DNA from: Fonticula alba ATCC 38817 | Taxonomy: Eukaryota > Protista > Nucleariida | Assembly (NCBI GenBank): GCA_000388065.2 | Contig: KB932206.1 | Length of the DNA: 64,000 nucleotides | Strand: one strand, 5' to 3' | In this document: positions 1-12,520 of the stretch, in pieces | Position numbering within the stretch: position 1 is the stretch's first letter | Layout of the letters: each line of letters opens with the position of its first letter | The notes under the pieces: generated by a model | What the model was told of the DNA's origin: nothing | Database searches by the model: none | Seen by the model: only the letters and a program-made list of their open reading frames with translations | Translations under genes and position numbers: made by a program

Positions 1-62
1 CCGCCCCCGGCCCCCGCCCCACCCCGGGACGCACACGCGCGCGCGCCCCTCCGGGTGGCGAC

Positions 63-793
63 CGGTAATAGGCTGCTCGGGAAATAATGCACCAGTTCAC
101 TGGAGGAGGGGCAGGGAGAACTCATCACTCCGCGGCAGGGGGAGAGAGAGAGAGAGAGAGGCAGAGAGGCAGCGAGGGCCCGGAGGGCCGAAGTTCGCTA
201 GTCCCCGCGGGGGCGGCTCGAGGTACGGGGGTGGGGTGCCTGGCGCCTCCAGCACGCCTGGGCACGTACGTACGCACACACACACACACGGAGTGGGGGG
301 GGGGGGGGGCCGCCAGAGGGAACCACGCCCCGGGGGAGGGCGAGCCGCGGCGTGAGCTGACTCAGCCGGCCCGACCGCGGGGGGGGGGGGCTCGGGCGAG
401 GGTGGGCGGAGACTAGGGCCATGTTTCCCTGCTTTCCGGGGTCCAGGCAGACGTGCGGAGGTGGCGCCCGCGCCGGGCCGGGCCCCCGACTCCGGCGGGT
501 GCCCGAGCCTTCGAGCACACACACACACACTCCCAGAGCGGGTCATCTGCGCTGGCGGCGCTCTCCCAGACCCGAGCCAGTTTCTTGACTGAACACGGGG
601 GGCGACGCGGGCGGGGGGGCGACGGGCGAAGGCGGGGGTCCCAGAACAGCGGGCAAGAGATCAGTCCCCTCCGCCCCCCTCCCCCGGCCTGTTCTCCCGC
701 GTTTGCGAGTCTCCCCTGCGCGAAACTCTCTCGTCACGAATATGTACGGTCCAGCTTCAAGGGGGCTGGCTCGCCGGACAAATATAAAAGTAT
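63..793 (-). CDS. Partial multi-exon gene with an F-box-like motif; 5' exon unresolved, runs off the left edge
   Basis: Three phase-compatible GT-AG exons (793-748, 588-531, 99-63) join to ILLYLSGEPAPLKLD-L-KKLARVWESAASADDPLW-D-ELVHYFPSSLLP. This resembles the second half of an F-box (I..yL....L..l..V..W...a.dd.LW). The LPxE start of the motif was not located. Confidence 0.4.
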
Positions 794-1751
794 CTGGTGG
801 CCGTTATTTATTCCTGTTTATTTCATGACCGGGAGAGCGGGGGGGGGGGGGGGGGGGGGCCTGGGGGGGGAGGACCACCGCAGACACATGCGCCCCGCCT
901 GTGCATGCGTGCAGGCTCAGACTCATGGACCCGACTCATCCAAGGCCGTCCGGCGGCTCGAAGCTGCTGGAAGGTCCGGCCCGAACGCCGATGCCGACAT
1001 GTCTCGCCCACTTTCGCGTGCATGTACATGTGTGCACATGTGTGTGTGTGTGTGTGTGTGAATAATGTGTGCGCTCCCGCATGCATGCCGAAGCCAGCCC
1101 CCTCCGCCGGGGAACCTGTCAAACACCGGAGCGCCGGCGGACGCCCGGCCGGCTCGGCGCGCGGCCGAGCGAGGTGCGGCGCGGGCAGGCGTCCTCCGGG
1201 CGTGCTCTGTCGCGTAGACACACACAGCTGGCTAGCATGCCCCCCCCCCCCCCCCATGCCCGCCCCGATTGGTGGCTGATGTGCCCGTTGCGCGTCTGGG
1301 CCTGCGCCCGGGGAAAGGCGTGCACAGGCCGGCCGCTTTCATGCGAGACGCCCCGAGGGGCGAACAGGATCGCACGTGATCCCCGGATCATACCGACGGC
1401 CGAGAAGACTAGACGCCGGGCAGGGGGAGGGGGGAATGGGGGCGAAGAGGACAGAACAAAGGCCCGAGGAGCTAGCATGTATTTGCAGGGAGAGGGGGGG
1501 GGGGGGGGGGCCCCGGTGCTGGGCCGCCCGCGGGTGTGCTTTTCCTCTCACAATCTACTTCTCCGCTGCCTGTGGACACTCTCTCCTTGCCCTCTCTTCG
1601 GCCGGCCGCAGGCACGATCTTGACTTGGCCACACACACACACACACACACGGAGGGATAGCACACGCGCACGCATAGACACAGACACACGCAAGAGAGGG
1701 ACAATATCGGCGACGGTGTTGGGGGGCAGGGGTACAAGGAGGTTTCCAGCC

Positions 1752-2962
1752 TCAGTTGGGCAGGGCAAAGCGCTTGCCCTTGAGCACACTGGGGGGGGGG
1801 AGGGGCGAGGAGGAAGGAGAGGTCCCCAGTCACAGGGCCCAGCATGCACAGAGGCGCCCGGGCGGATGGTTCGGTTGAGGGTCAGGTCGGAAGTCAGTTC
1901 GTGTGTGCGAAGAAAAAGCGAGGCCCTATGGCCACTGGCGCCAGGATGTGAGCACATGCGTGCGCGCGAGCGAGCAAACGCACCGCGTGACGTAGATGTA
2001 GAAGAAGTCCGCATACAGGACGGTTTGAATGAGCCCGGCGCAGGTGGCGATCGGGTCCCAGTACCCCTCGGACATGTAGCGCACCAGCCAGTTGACCAAA
2101 TACAGAGCGCGATAGGCTCCGAGCGCGCAGAGGTAGTGCGGGGTGATGGTGGCAATGGCCTCCGGGGTGGAGGAGGTGATGCGCTGGAGCTGGAACAGCT
2201 GGGGCAGGATGGCCACCGACTCGAGATAGATACTGAAGGTCCAGAGAATCTAGTTTGGACCGGGGAAGGCGAGGAGGCGGGCGGGCGGGCGAGTGTGTAC
2301 GTATGCATATACATATATATATATGTATGCATGTTGAAAGGGAGGGGGGCAGATAGAAGGATGGGGAGACACCAAGCGCCAAGGGTCAGCATGGGGTTTC
2401 TCTTGCGCCCCGAGAGCGCCGGCATGTGCACGGTGGCAAGTAGCGCCCTCCGGCTGCGCACCTCCGATAGAGAGAACTCGTAGTTGAAGATGAGTGCAAG
2501 GACGGCCGACGGCACGAGGGCCATCAGCACCGGGAAGTAGTCCAACTCGCGGTCATACGTGGCCTTGTGCTTGCGGCTGTGGTTACACATGGAAGCGGGT
2601 CAGTCACCGACATGGGGCACAGGCCCGAGGCGGAGGGAGTGGCAGGCAGAGGGGGGGGCACGGGTGCCTGCGCGAGCGCGGGCCACCCCGGCAAACCGGT
2701 CGGCGATCGACCGCCACAAAGCGCACCCGATCAGGTAGCACGTCCATCCGGTCAGTGCGATGAAGGTGACCTTCATGACCGTGTTGTAGACACTGATGAA
2801 CCGCCAAAACAGGTCCAGGTACCGGCAGCTGTATGTCAGCAGGAAGAGCAGCTGGCTCTTCAGCGACAGGCCAGCCACCGACTTGGACTTGACGATCTTC
2901 AGAATCAGCAAGCATATCGCCAGCAAGTGGGCCATATCGGCCAGCAGTCGGAAGATGTTCAT
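1752..2962 (-). CDS. ERD2: ER lumen protein-retaining (KDEL/HDEL) receptor, 4 exons, 217 aa
   Basis: Exons 2962-2727, 2576-2462, 2249-1984 and 1788-1752 splice in frame with canonical GT-AG. Peptides [72 protein letters not shown] are typical of ERD2/KDELR. Confidence 0.97.
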
Positions 2963-4269
2963 CTTGCAATGCACGCGAGGAGGGCGAGGCGCGGCGAGAA
3001 AGAGGCAAGCAGAGGGGCAAGCGCTTTGAAGAGGATGGGGCCGTCCTCACCGCTGGGATTGGCCGAGGGAAGAGGCGACGCGCTGGAAGTGAGTCGGCGA
3101 GCTGGGAAAGGAGAGAGGGTGGATGGGTGGATGAATGGATGGATGTGTGTGTGTGTGTGTGCGGAGAGGGAGGGGGGTACAGGGGGGCTTGGGCGCGCGG
3201 TGGGCAGGACGAAAGACAGGAGCAGTGAGTGGAGGGCTGTGGGGTCGGGTGGCCGGCGCTCGCGGCCTTGGGGGCCGCCCACGCGCGCTTCAATGTGCCT
3301 CGCCGATTGGGGCATCTCGGGCTGGGGACCTCCCGGCAAGGGGCCGAAGGACGCCGGCGCGCGGGGATCCGCGCCTCGTCCGGGGCGGGGTCCATGGAGA
3401 GTCGGCAAGGGAGCTCTCCGCCTCCTCCTCCATTGCTCCCGCTGCCCCCCTGGGCTTGGGGGACGGCAGCTTCCTCTGCCCAATGTACGGGGACGGTAGC
3501 ATCTAGTTAAGGGGTGGTGTCAGCGGAGAGAAAGGGGGCACTTCGCCGCCATTCCGGCGGCTGCTGCTGCCGGGCTCTGGGCGGGGGATCGGCCGCCCGC
3601 TCCGCCCGTAGCCCGTCACCGGGCACGCATCGCCCGCGGTCCTGGGGGGAAGGGGGGGGGGGGGGACACCATCCGTCTGGGCAGGAGAGTAGAAGCCTGC
3701 GCCTCGTCCGGAGAAAATCGCGAGCCCCGCCAAGGCGGAAGTTAGCTTCCCACTCTCGCGCGCAGCCCGCGAGAGGGTTGTGCCAAGAGGAGAAACTGAC
3801 AAAGCACGCGAACGGACCAGAGAGCCCATCGAGGGGTCGCCCGCACGAGAATGCCAGCCCGGGAAGGGTCCCGGGAAATGTCCCCCCCACCCCCCACCCC
3901 CCGGCCCTGTGTCCTCCCAGCCAGGAGTTGGCCCCGTCCAGGGAGGGCGGCGATCTGGCGCCGGTGACAAAATGCCCCGGCGACGTTCTCACAGGCCGCC
4001 ATAGGTTGGCACTCACCAAGCGGTGGCACTTGGTCCTCTGTGCTCGCACGGCCCTTCTGATAGATCGCTCCCGAGCCCTCGGTTGTTCTCCTGTGGGCCC
4101 GGCCCGCCGAGAGAGGGGGGGGGGGGGGGNNNNNNNNNNNNNNNNNNNNNNNNNNNNNNNNNNNNNNNNNNNNNNNNNNNNNNNNNNNNNNNNNCCCCCC
4201 CCGCCATCGCCCGCCTCGCACCGCCGCCATCGCCCCCAATCTCCCCCGTGGCCCTCTCCTCCTCCTCCA

Positions 4270-5462
4270 ATGAGCCAACACTTTATCCCGCCGGTCGTAC
4301 GTACTTCCCCATGCTCCGTCGTGCCCTGCCCTTCCCCTTTCCCCCCCCAGTGGCACGGCCACATTCCGGGCGCAATCATGTCTCACCCGCATACCCAGAA
4401 TTTCGGCCACGTTGACGAGGGGATCTACCGGTCCGGCCTGGCGACGGAGGCCAATTTCCCTTTCCTGGCGACCCTCAATCTGAGGGCGGTCATCTACCTG
4501 TCCTCCGACGAGCCGCCCCTGTCCTTGTGCGTTTGTGTCTCGGCACCCCCTCTCACCTCGCCCTCGCCCTCGCCAGGCGTGTCGCTGCCCTGAAAGTGCG
4601 TCCCCCTGCGTCTGACACTGACCTTGGGCCACTCACCCGCTCGCTTGCTCGCTCGCTTGCTCGCTCGCTCGCTCCCATCAGCCGCACCTTCCTGTCCGAC
4701 CGCCAGATCCAGTTCCTTCCGCTGTGCAATGAGTCGCACCCCTGGTCGTCATCATTGCCACATAGGCCGGGCCCTGAGCTCGCCGGGGCCGGGAACCCCG
4801 GGCTCATGTTGCCTGGTCAGGTGCCCCGCCGGCCTGGAGGCATCCCCGGCGACCTGGGCGCCGGTGCCTCGTCGATGCCTGTGGCGGGCCCGACGGGCAC
4901 CGCCTCGCCACCGATGGCCAGCACCACTGGAACCGATGATATGGAGCCGCCGCTGGCAGATCACCCGCCGGCGCACCCGCCTGGCACGCCGGCACAGCCC
5001 CCGCCGGCTGCCATCCCGGCCACCGGGCCCACCAGTGTCGACATCGGTCCCGACAGCTTCCTCCGGTTGAGCCTGCAGAATGACCACCTCCGGCAGCGGG
5101 CTCCCTCGACCTCCAATTCGGATCCTCCCCCCGAGGAGGTCGTGGTCCAGGCCTTGGCCTTTCTCCTGCGGCCGGAGTCCCGCCCGGTCCTGCTGATGTG
5201 CCAGCCGGGCCGGCACCGGACCGGCGCCGTGGTGGCCTGCCTGCGCAAGGTCCAGCGGTGGAACCTGACCAGCATCCTGGAGGAGTATCGTCGGTATGCC
5301 GGGGCCCGGGTCCGGCCGTTGCATGAGCAGTTCATCGAGCTCTTCGACACGGATCTCATCAGCGCCCCGGCCCCGGCTCTGGGGCTCCTGGAAGGGACCA
5401 CATCCCACGGGGGCGGGTCTCCGCCAGCCAGTGCCTCCTCCCCGCCGACCCTCGGCAAATAA
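4270..5462 (+). CDS. PFA-DSP (Siw14/Oca1-type) tyrosine/inositol-pyrophosphate phosphatase family protein
   Basis: Exons 4270-4296, 4399-4526 and 4682-5462 give [22 protein letters not shown]..., an intact CX5R loop ([10 protein letters not shown], 5196-5225) and [22 protein letters not shown]...EQFIELFD, which is Oca1-like. Confidence 0.9.
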
Positions 5463-5499
5463 TCAGATCGCCTCTTTTTGTCTGTCCCTCGCGAATTCT

Positions 5500-5684
<185 letters not shown>

Positions 5685-6531
5685 CGTGTGTGCATGTGGA
5701 GGGATGGGCGTGGGTGTGGGCGTGTGGCTGGATGCGGGCATTTGGTGTGTTCCTTCAGCCTCCAGCACCCGTAGCAGCACTGGCAAAAGGCCGGGAACGG
5801 CCATGTTGTTTCCTGGGCCGCCCCCCTCCTAGGCACTAGTAAATGTGGGACATGCCGCGGCTGGCCGCTGTGTTTTTATTTTGTCCCACCCCTTCCGGGG
5901 GCAGCTGGAGCCCAGCGGGGCAGGGGCGCTCTGGCGCGGGCGCATATTACCCTGCCCATCTTTGGCAGCCAGTGACTGGGTATCCATGCCCCCCCCCCGC
6001 CCCCCCGCCCCCGCCCCCTGGGCCTGTGGCCCGGGCGGTCGCACGCCCTCGCCTAGGCTCGCGACAGGCACGGGGGCGTGAAAATAGGACAGACCTTTTG
6101 CCGCCAGTCGAGTAGTCCCAGACCAGTCGGTGTCGGCCTGCCCCCNNNNNNNNNNNNNNNNNNNNNNNNNNNNNNNNNCCCCCCCGGAGGACGCGGGCGC
6201 CTGGCGTTCCACGTCCCCTCGGCGGCCCAAGGACGGGAGATCCCTCACCGATCTCTGGCCGCCGATGCAAGACCCGTCAGGTCTCGGTTCACACCCAGGG
6301 CGGGGAGGCATTTTAGCCACCACCCTCCAGCTGGCCACCCTCCGGCCGGGATCCATCCTCCTTCTCGCAGCATTCGCCCATGTACCTCACCCTCGGCCCC
6401 GCTTGTCAACCTTTTTTGTCCGGGTTCCCCCCTATCCAGCCTCTTGCCCTGCATTAACATCCAAGTCACACGGAATCGCAGCCTGCCTCTTCCCTCCCCC
6501 CTTTCGTCCAGCCATCCCCGCACATACCACC

Positions 6532-7529
6532 ATGATCCCCGCCCTCAACCGCCACCTCGTGAATGGCACGCGCGCTGCCGCTCCGACCATCGCCTCGCGG
6601 CTCATGGCCGTCCGGACCATGTCCTCGGCCTCCGACGCCCCGAACACCGGCGGCTTCCAGACGGTCACCATCTTCGGGTCCGGGCTCATGGGGTCCGGCA
6701 TCGCGCAGGTGGTCGCCGCCGCCGGGCTCAAGGTCAACCTGATCGACACGCAGCCGGCCAGCCTGGAGCGCGCGCAGAAGAGCATCACCTCCTCGGTGCA
6801 GCGCGTGGCCAAGCGCCAGCATGCGGAAAACCCGGAGGCCGTGGCCTCGGCCGTGTCCGACATCATGTCCCGCATCCACATGTCCACCGAGCCGGACGCG
6901 GCCATCCGTGAGGCGGACCTCATCATCGAGGCCATCGCCGAGAATCTGCCGGCCAAGCTGAGCCTCTTCCAGAAGGCCGACCAGCTGGCCCGGCCGGATG
7001 CGGTCTTCGTGTCGAACACCTCCTCGCTGTCGATTGCCGAGATGTCGCAGGCCACTTCGGCCTCGCGCCGGGCGCACTTCGCCGGGCTGCACTTCTTCAA
7101 CCCGGTCCCGGTCATGGGCCTGGTGGAGGTCATCCACACCGCCGACACGGAGCCCGCCACGCTGGACCGCCTGCGCACCCTCTGCAAGGCCATCGGCAAG
7201 CGCCCGGTCAGCTGCCGTGACACCCCGGGCTTCATCGTCAACCGCCTGCTCGTGCCGTACCTCTTTGAGGCGGTGCGCATGCTGGAGCGCGGCGACGCCT
7301 CGGTTCCCGACATCGACGCCAGCATGAAGCTCGGTGCCGGCCACCCGATGGGCCCCTTCCAGCTGGCTGACTATGTTGGCCTGGACACCATCAAGTTTGT
7401 TGTGGACGGCTGGTCCGCCAAGTACCCGGATGTTGAGCTTTTCCGCCCGTCGGAGCTGGTGCGTGCCTGGCGTCCCCCGGGGTGGGTCCTTTCTCGGCCC
7501 TCGCCAGCCAGTCCCCATATGTTGTCCCT

Positions 7530-7592
<63 letters not shown>

Positions 7593-7882
7593 GTTTCTCT
7601 GTTTCTCTGTTTCTCTGTTTCTCTATTTCTCTCTCTCTCTCTCTTGTCTGCTCGTCCGCTCGTCCGCTCGCCCACTCGCTCTCTACCTCCCCCCACTCGT
7701 GTACCTCCCGTCGTTCTGACATGTCCTTCTCCCGGGCTTTCTCCCGGGATCGCCCTCTCGCTCTTCCTCAGCTGAACAGCCTCGTGGCTGCCGGCCACCT
7801 CGGTGTCAAGACCAACCAGGGCTTCTACAGCTACGAGAACGGCCAGCTTGTCAAGGGCAGCGAGTACAAGCTCTCCAAGTAA
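6532..7882 (+). CDS. HADH: 3-hydroxyacyl-CoA dehydrogenase (short-chain, HADH-like) with N-terminal mitochondrial-type presequence
   Basis: Exons 6532-7458 and 7772-7882. Motifs: Rossmann GSGLMGSGIAQ, EAIAENL, SNTSS, GLHFFNPVPVM (catalytic His), PGFIVNRLL, HPMGPFQLADYVGLD, GVKTNQGFY. Confidence 0.95.
7530..7645. repeat. (CT)n microsatellite with CTGTTTCT units in the HADH intron
   Basis: Visible tandem repeat. Confidence 0.95.
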
Positions 7883-9110
7883 TGCCCCCACCCCCGGGGC
7901 GCCGACACACTACTCTGTTTCCTCTTCTCTCCTGTATGTGCTGCCTGCCTCGCAGCAGTCACAAGGCAATACACCACCCCGAGGTAGGCATCTACGCCTG
8001 TGCGCCTCTCCCTCAATCAACTAAAGCTCCCTCGGTCGGCTGGGATGGCAGGCAGAGGCGAGGGCGGGGGCGGGGGCCGGGGCCGGGGCACTTTGCTGTG
8101 AGGGAGCAGTCCGAGGTCATCGCGCCAACGCTAGAGTGATTCGCAGCCCGAGCGAACGAGTGGTTGTCACCCAAGCTACCGTCGACCGACTCAGCTATCG
8201 CCAGCCGCCTCAGCTATCGCCGACCTACCACCAGCTATTGGGCCCCAATCAGGCTGGATGGCAAACTGCCAATGTATGGCACTGCCCTGTCACCTCGACC
8301 GGGCCTCCGACCGGGGGGCGGCACGGCGACTGTTCGTGAACAAACAGGCGTGCCCTTCCCCCCCCCCCCCCCCCGCCCAACAAGCCCTGGCGGACAGTTC
8401 GAGTGCAGGGNNNNNNNNNNNNNNNNNNNNNNNNNNNNNNNNNNNNNNNNNNNNNNNNNNNNNNNNNNNNNNNNNNNNNNNNNNNNNNNNNNNNNNNNNN
8501 NNNNNNNNNNNNNNNNNNNNNNNNNNNNNNNNNNNNNNNNNNNNNNNNNNNNNNNNNNNNNNNNNNNNNNNNNNNNNNNNNNNNNNNNNNNNNNNNNNNN
8601 NNNNNNNNNNNNNNNNNNNNNNNNNNNNNNNNNNNNNNNNNNNNNNNNNNNNNNNNNNNNNNNNNNNNNNNNNNNNNNNNNNNNNNNNNNNNNNNNNNNN
8701 NNNNNNNNNNNNNNNNNNNNNNNNNNNNNNNNNNNNNNNNNNNNNNNNNNNNNNNNNNNNNNNNNNNNNNNNNNNNNNNNNNNNNNNNNNNNNNNNNNNN
8801 NNNNNNNNNNNNNNNNNNNNNNNNNNNNNNNNNNNNNNNNNNNNNNNNNNNNNNNNNNNNNNNNNNNNNNNNNNNNNNNNNNNNNNNNNNNNNNNNNNNN
8901 NNNNNNNNNNNNNNNNNNNNNNNNNNNNNNNNNNNNNNNNNNNNNNNNNNNNNNNNNNNNNNNNNNNNNNNNNNNNNNNNNNNNNNNNNNNNNNNNNNNN
9001 NNNNNNNNNNNNNNNNNNNNNNNNNNNNNNNNNNNNNNNNNNNNNNNNNNNNNNNNNNNNNNNNNNTCCTCTTCCGGTGTCTGTGCCCCTGTCCACCTCC
9101 TCTTCCCCAA

Positions 9111-10870
9111 GGTCAGATCTCGGCCGGCGTCGCGCGGATTTCCCTCTTCGGCCGCCGGAGTACAATAGCCCCTGTTGCCCGCCATGACCAACCCGGTATG
9201 TTGTGCCAGTATGCCCTGCTGTCGCCGGTTCCCATGGGTGCCCAGTGCTGACATTGTCCCCTGGGGCCTTGCCGTCGCATGTTTGCCGTTTGCCTGCCAC
9301 CCCAGTCTTCCGGCTCTCCGCTGCCTGAGCGTGCGTTTGTCTGCCATCTTCGCCCATCGCCCTGCCTTTTGCTCACCCGTCGTACGTCTCGCGCTTTTTA
9401 ACCCCCCCCCCCCTCCCCCCTCCCCCTCCTGCACTCCTCCCTTCCTCGCCCCGGGGCCTCCCTGTGATCCATGCAGACATCATCAAACAGATCCAGGAAC
9501 AGGTCCGCGAGACGGAGCGCACACGGCTGCTCGCCATCCGGAAGAACATTCTCCAGGCCGAGGAGCAGGCGCAGGCGAATGAACGCCACCGAAAGACCCT
9601 GGCCTCTGCGTCTGGCGCCCGGCGTTCGGGTGGCGCTCGATCCGGCGATCGGGCGTCCTCGTCGTCGTCCTCTTCCGCGCGCGGGGCGCGGGGCACCGGC
9701 GCCGAGTCGGCTCGGATCTCCCCACCCAGGCCGCGTGCAGAGCGCCCTAGCCCGGCAAATGCTCCCCCGGCACCGAAGCTCAGCTTCCAAGAGAAGATGC
9801 GCCGGGCCCTGGCCAACACCAAGTCCTCGCTCGAGTCGACGTCGACCCTGAATGCCAGCCTCGATCGGCCGGTGTATGTGGCGCCGAAAACCGGCACCGG
9901 GCGGCCGGCGGATGCACGCCCCCGGCCCCGGCCGGCAGCCCCGCCAGTCCCTGTGGCCTTTGGCGCTCGGCCGGCTCCCGGCGGGACCGGCGCTTCCCCC
10001 GGCTCACGACCGACATTGGCCAACAGCGCACCGCCCCCCTCGCGCGGGACACCTCCTCCTGGTCGGGCAGCTGCCTCGGCGGCCCCCGCGGCCGGTCGTG
10101 GGCCTCCCCCGGCGGGAGCCGGGCCACCAGGCGACCGGCGTTCCTCGGCCGCCGGTGGGCCCGATCGGCCCGCGCCGCCAGCCTCCGGCACTCCGCCGAT
10201 GTCTGGCGGCTCAAATGCCCCGGCTCGGACACACATGCCCGGACGCCCGGGCCCCGGCATGGCGGCGTATGGCGCCCGGCGGCCGGATCTGGCGGCATAT
10301 GGCGCCCGGCGACCGGACCTGGCCGCGCGCGCGGCCCCGCCCGGGCGTACTCAGGCACCGGTTCGGGCGCGCGCACAGCCACGGCCCAAGCCCCGTCCGC
10401 GGCGCTCCTCCGGCTACGACTCCGATGAGGACTTCCTCAACCCGTCGCGCTTTTCCGACGACCTGCAAAGCGACTATGATGAGGATGATGAGGATGATGA
10501 TGACTTCATTGTGTCGGACGAGGACGACGAGGAATCCACCGCGGCCATCCGGCAAATCCGCCAAATCTCCGGCTACAACCCCGCCAAGTACCGGCATCTT
10601 GATGCGATGGACGATCGGTCGATGGAAAGCGGCCTGGCGGACATTCGCCGCGAGGAGCGTCGGAGGTATGTCGTCTGCCCCCGGTTGTCTGTCTTCCCCC
10701 CCCCCCCCCCCCTTCGCTCGCCTTGCGGTTTGCCTTTTCCTTTCGGTCGGGGGCCCTCTCTTTGTTAACCCGACTGTCCTTCATCCTTCAAAAGCTCGCG
10801 CATCGCCCAAGAGGAGGATGCCGAGGAGGAAGAGCGAGAGCGGCGCCTCTCCAAGCGCCAGCGCTACTAG
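9111..10870 (+). CDS. SPT2: SPT2 chromatin protein homolog; 5' end probably lies in or before the 8411-9066 gap
   Basis: Main exon 9477-10665 and last exon 10795-10870. An acidic tract is followed by GYNPAKYRHLDAMDDRSMESGLADIRREERR-SSRIAQEEDAEEEERERR, which is the SPT2 C-terminal signature. A phase-compatible upstream exon is predicted at 9111-9195. Confidence 0.8.
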
Positions 10871-11511
10871 CCGGTCTCGCGCCATCCTCCTCTGCCTGCT
10901 TGCGCACGCTGGCATTCGCGCCATAGATTGCATGCGCGAGTCGGCCGATGGCGGAGGGGGGGGGGGGGGTTGCCTTGGGCCTCCTTTTCTCCCCCTCCGT
11001 CGCCCCTTTTTTCGCCGCCGCCTCCCCCATCCGGCGACCGTGGTGGAATATAGACCTTGCCTTGAGCCATGGCTCCTCCCCCCCCTTTTCCCCTGTCGGT
11101 GAGACAGATGCCCGGCGTATGGGGGCGCGAGATGGGATCGTTTTTTTTGTTTCTTAGAAGTACAGGGGGGTGGGTCTGCCACAGCAGGCACGGTGAGTGT
11201 GATCGAGGAGAGCGGAGGCAGAGATTAGGGGGAGGAGGCGTGAGGAGGGGAAAGGAGGACACAGGCTCAGGTGTGCTTCCTTCCTCCCCTCCTCCGCCCG
11301 TTGTCTCTGCCTTTGCGGTGGTCTCTCCCCCACCAGGAGGCGGTCCTTCGGATGGGCAGCCGGAGCGAGGGCAGGCAAATCCCACACATACGCACACACC
11401 TGGGAGAAGGGGAGGGGCGCGCGCACGCGCGCGGCGATCGGTGGCTTGTCTCGCGGGCGTGCATGCACACCGGGGGGAGGGGGAGGACTCTCCACGCGCT
11501 TTTCTTCCTGC

Positions 11512-12486
11512 TCACAGGTACATGCCCTCCGGAGTGTTGTCATGCTTGCGGTACATGACGGTCTCCTTGGCGGCACGGAAGTCGGCCGCGGTGACACGCA
11601 TGCGGAAGTCGCGCAGGGCCAGCAGGCCGGCCTCCGTGCAGACGGCCTTGATATCGGCACCACTCAGGTCGTCCTTGGTGGTGATCAACTCCTCCGGGTC
11701 CACATCCGGGGCCAGGGTCATGCGGGCGGTGTGGATGTTGAAGATGCCGCGCTTGGTCCGGATGTCGGGCAGAGGGAACTCGATCTTGCGATCGATACGG
11801 CCCGGGCGAATGAGCGCCGGGTCCAGAGACTCGATGCGATTGGTTGCCATCAAGACCTTGACATCGCCGCGCGCGTCGAAACCATCCAGCTGGTTGAGGA
11901 GCTCCAGCATGGTGCGCTGGATCTCACGCTCACCACCGGAATGCGAGTCGTAGCTGGGGGGAGGGGCGGGGGNNNNNNNNNNNNNNNNNNNNNNNNNNNN
12001 NNNNNNNNNNNNNNNNNNNNNNNNNNNNNNNNNNNNNNNNNNNNNNNNNNNNNNNNNNNNNNNNNNNNNNNNNNNNNNNNNNNNNNNNNNNNNNNNNNNN
12101 NNNNNNNNNNNNNNNNNNNNNNNNNNNNNNNNNNNNNNNNNNNNNNNNNNNNNNNNNNNNNNNNNNNNNNNNNNNNNNNNNNNNNNNNNNNNNNNNNNNN
12201 NNNNNNNNNNNNNNNNNNNNNNNNNNNNNNNNNNNNNNNNNNNNNNNNNNNNNNNNNNNNNNNNNNNNNNNNNNNNNNNNNNNNNNNNNNNNNNNNNNNN
12301 NNNNNNNNNNNNNNNNNNNNNNNNNNNNNNNNGGCGCGCGCTCGAGCTTCATCACCGACACCATGGGGTCCGTGTCGTCGGGCAGGACACCGACAATGGA
12401 CATGGTCTGTTGTTGTTGTTGTTGTTGGGGTGTTTTCATTTTTTCGACGAGCGGCCAGGGGACGAGTGTCAGACAACAGGACGGAC

Positions 12487-12520
<34 letters not shown>

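Noticed and set aside
2130-2200. Slightly longer loop ([16 protein letters not shown]) in ERD2
   Set aside because: A small cytosolic-loop variation. The ligand-binding and pH-sensing residues appear retained.
7820-7882. HADH C-terminal extension ending YKLSK as a possible peroxisomal PTS1
   Set aside because: The terminal tripeptide LSK is not PTS1, and read-through past TAA gives no PTS1 either.
10258-10330. 30-bp tandem duplication encoding AAYGARRPDL twice in SPT2
   Set aside because: An ordinary slippage duplication in a disordered region.
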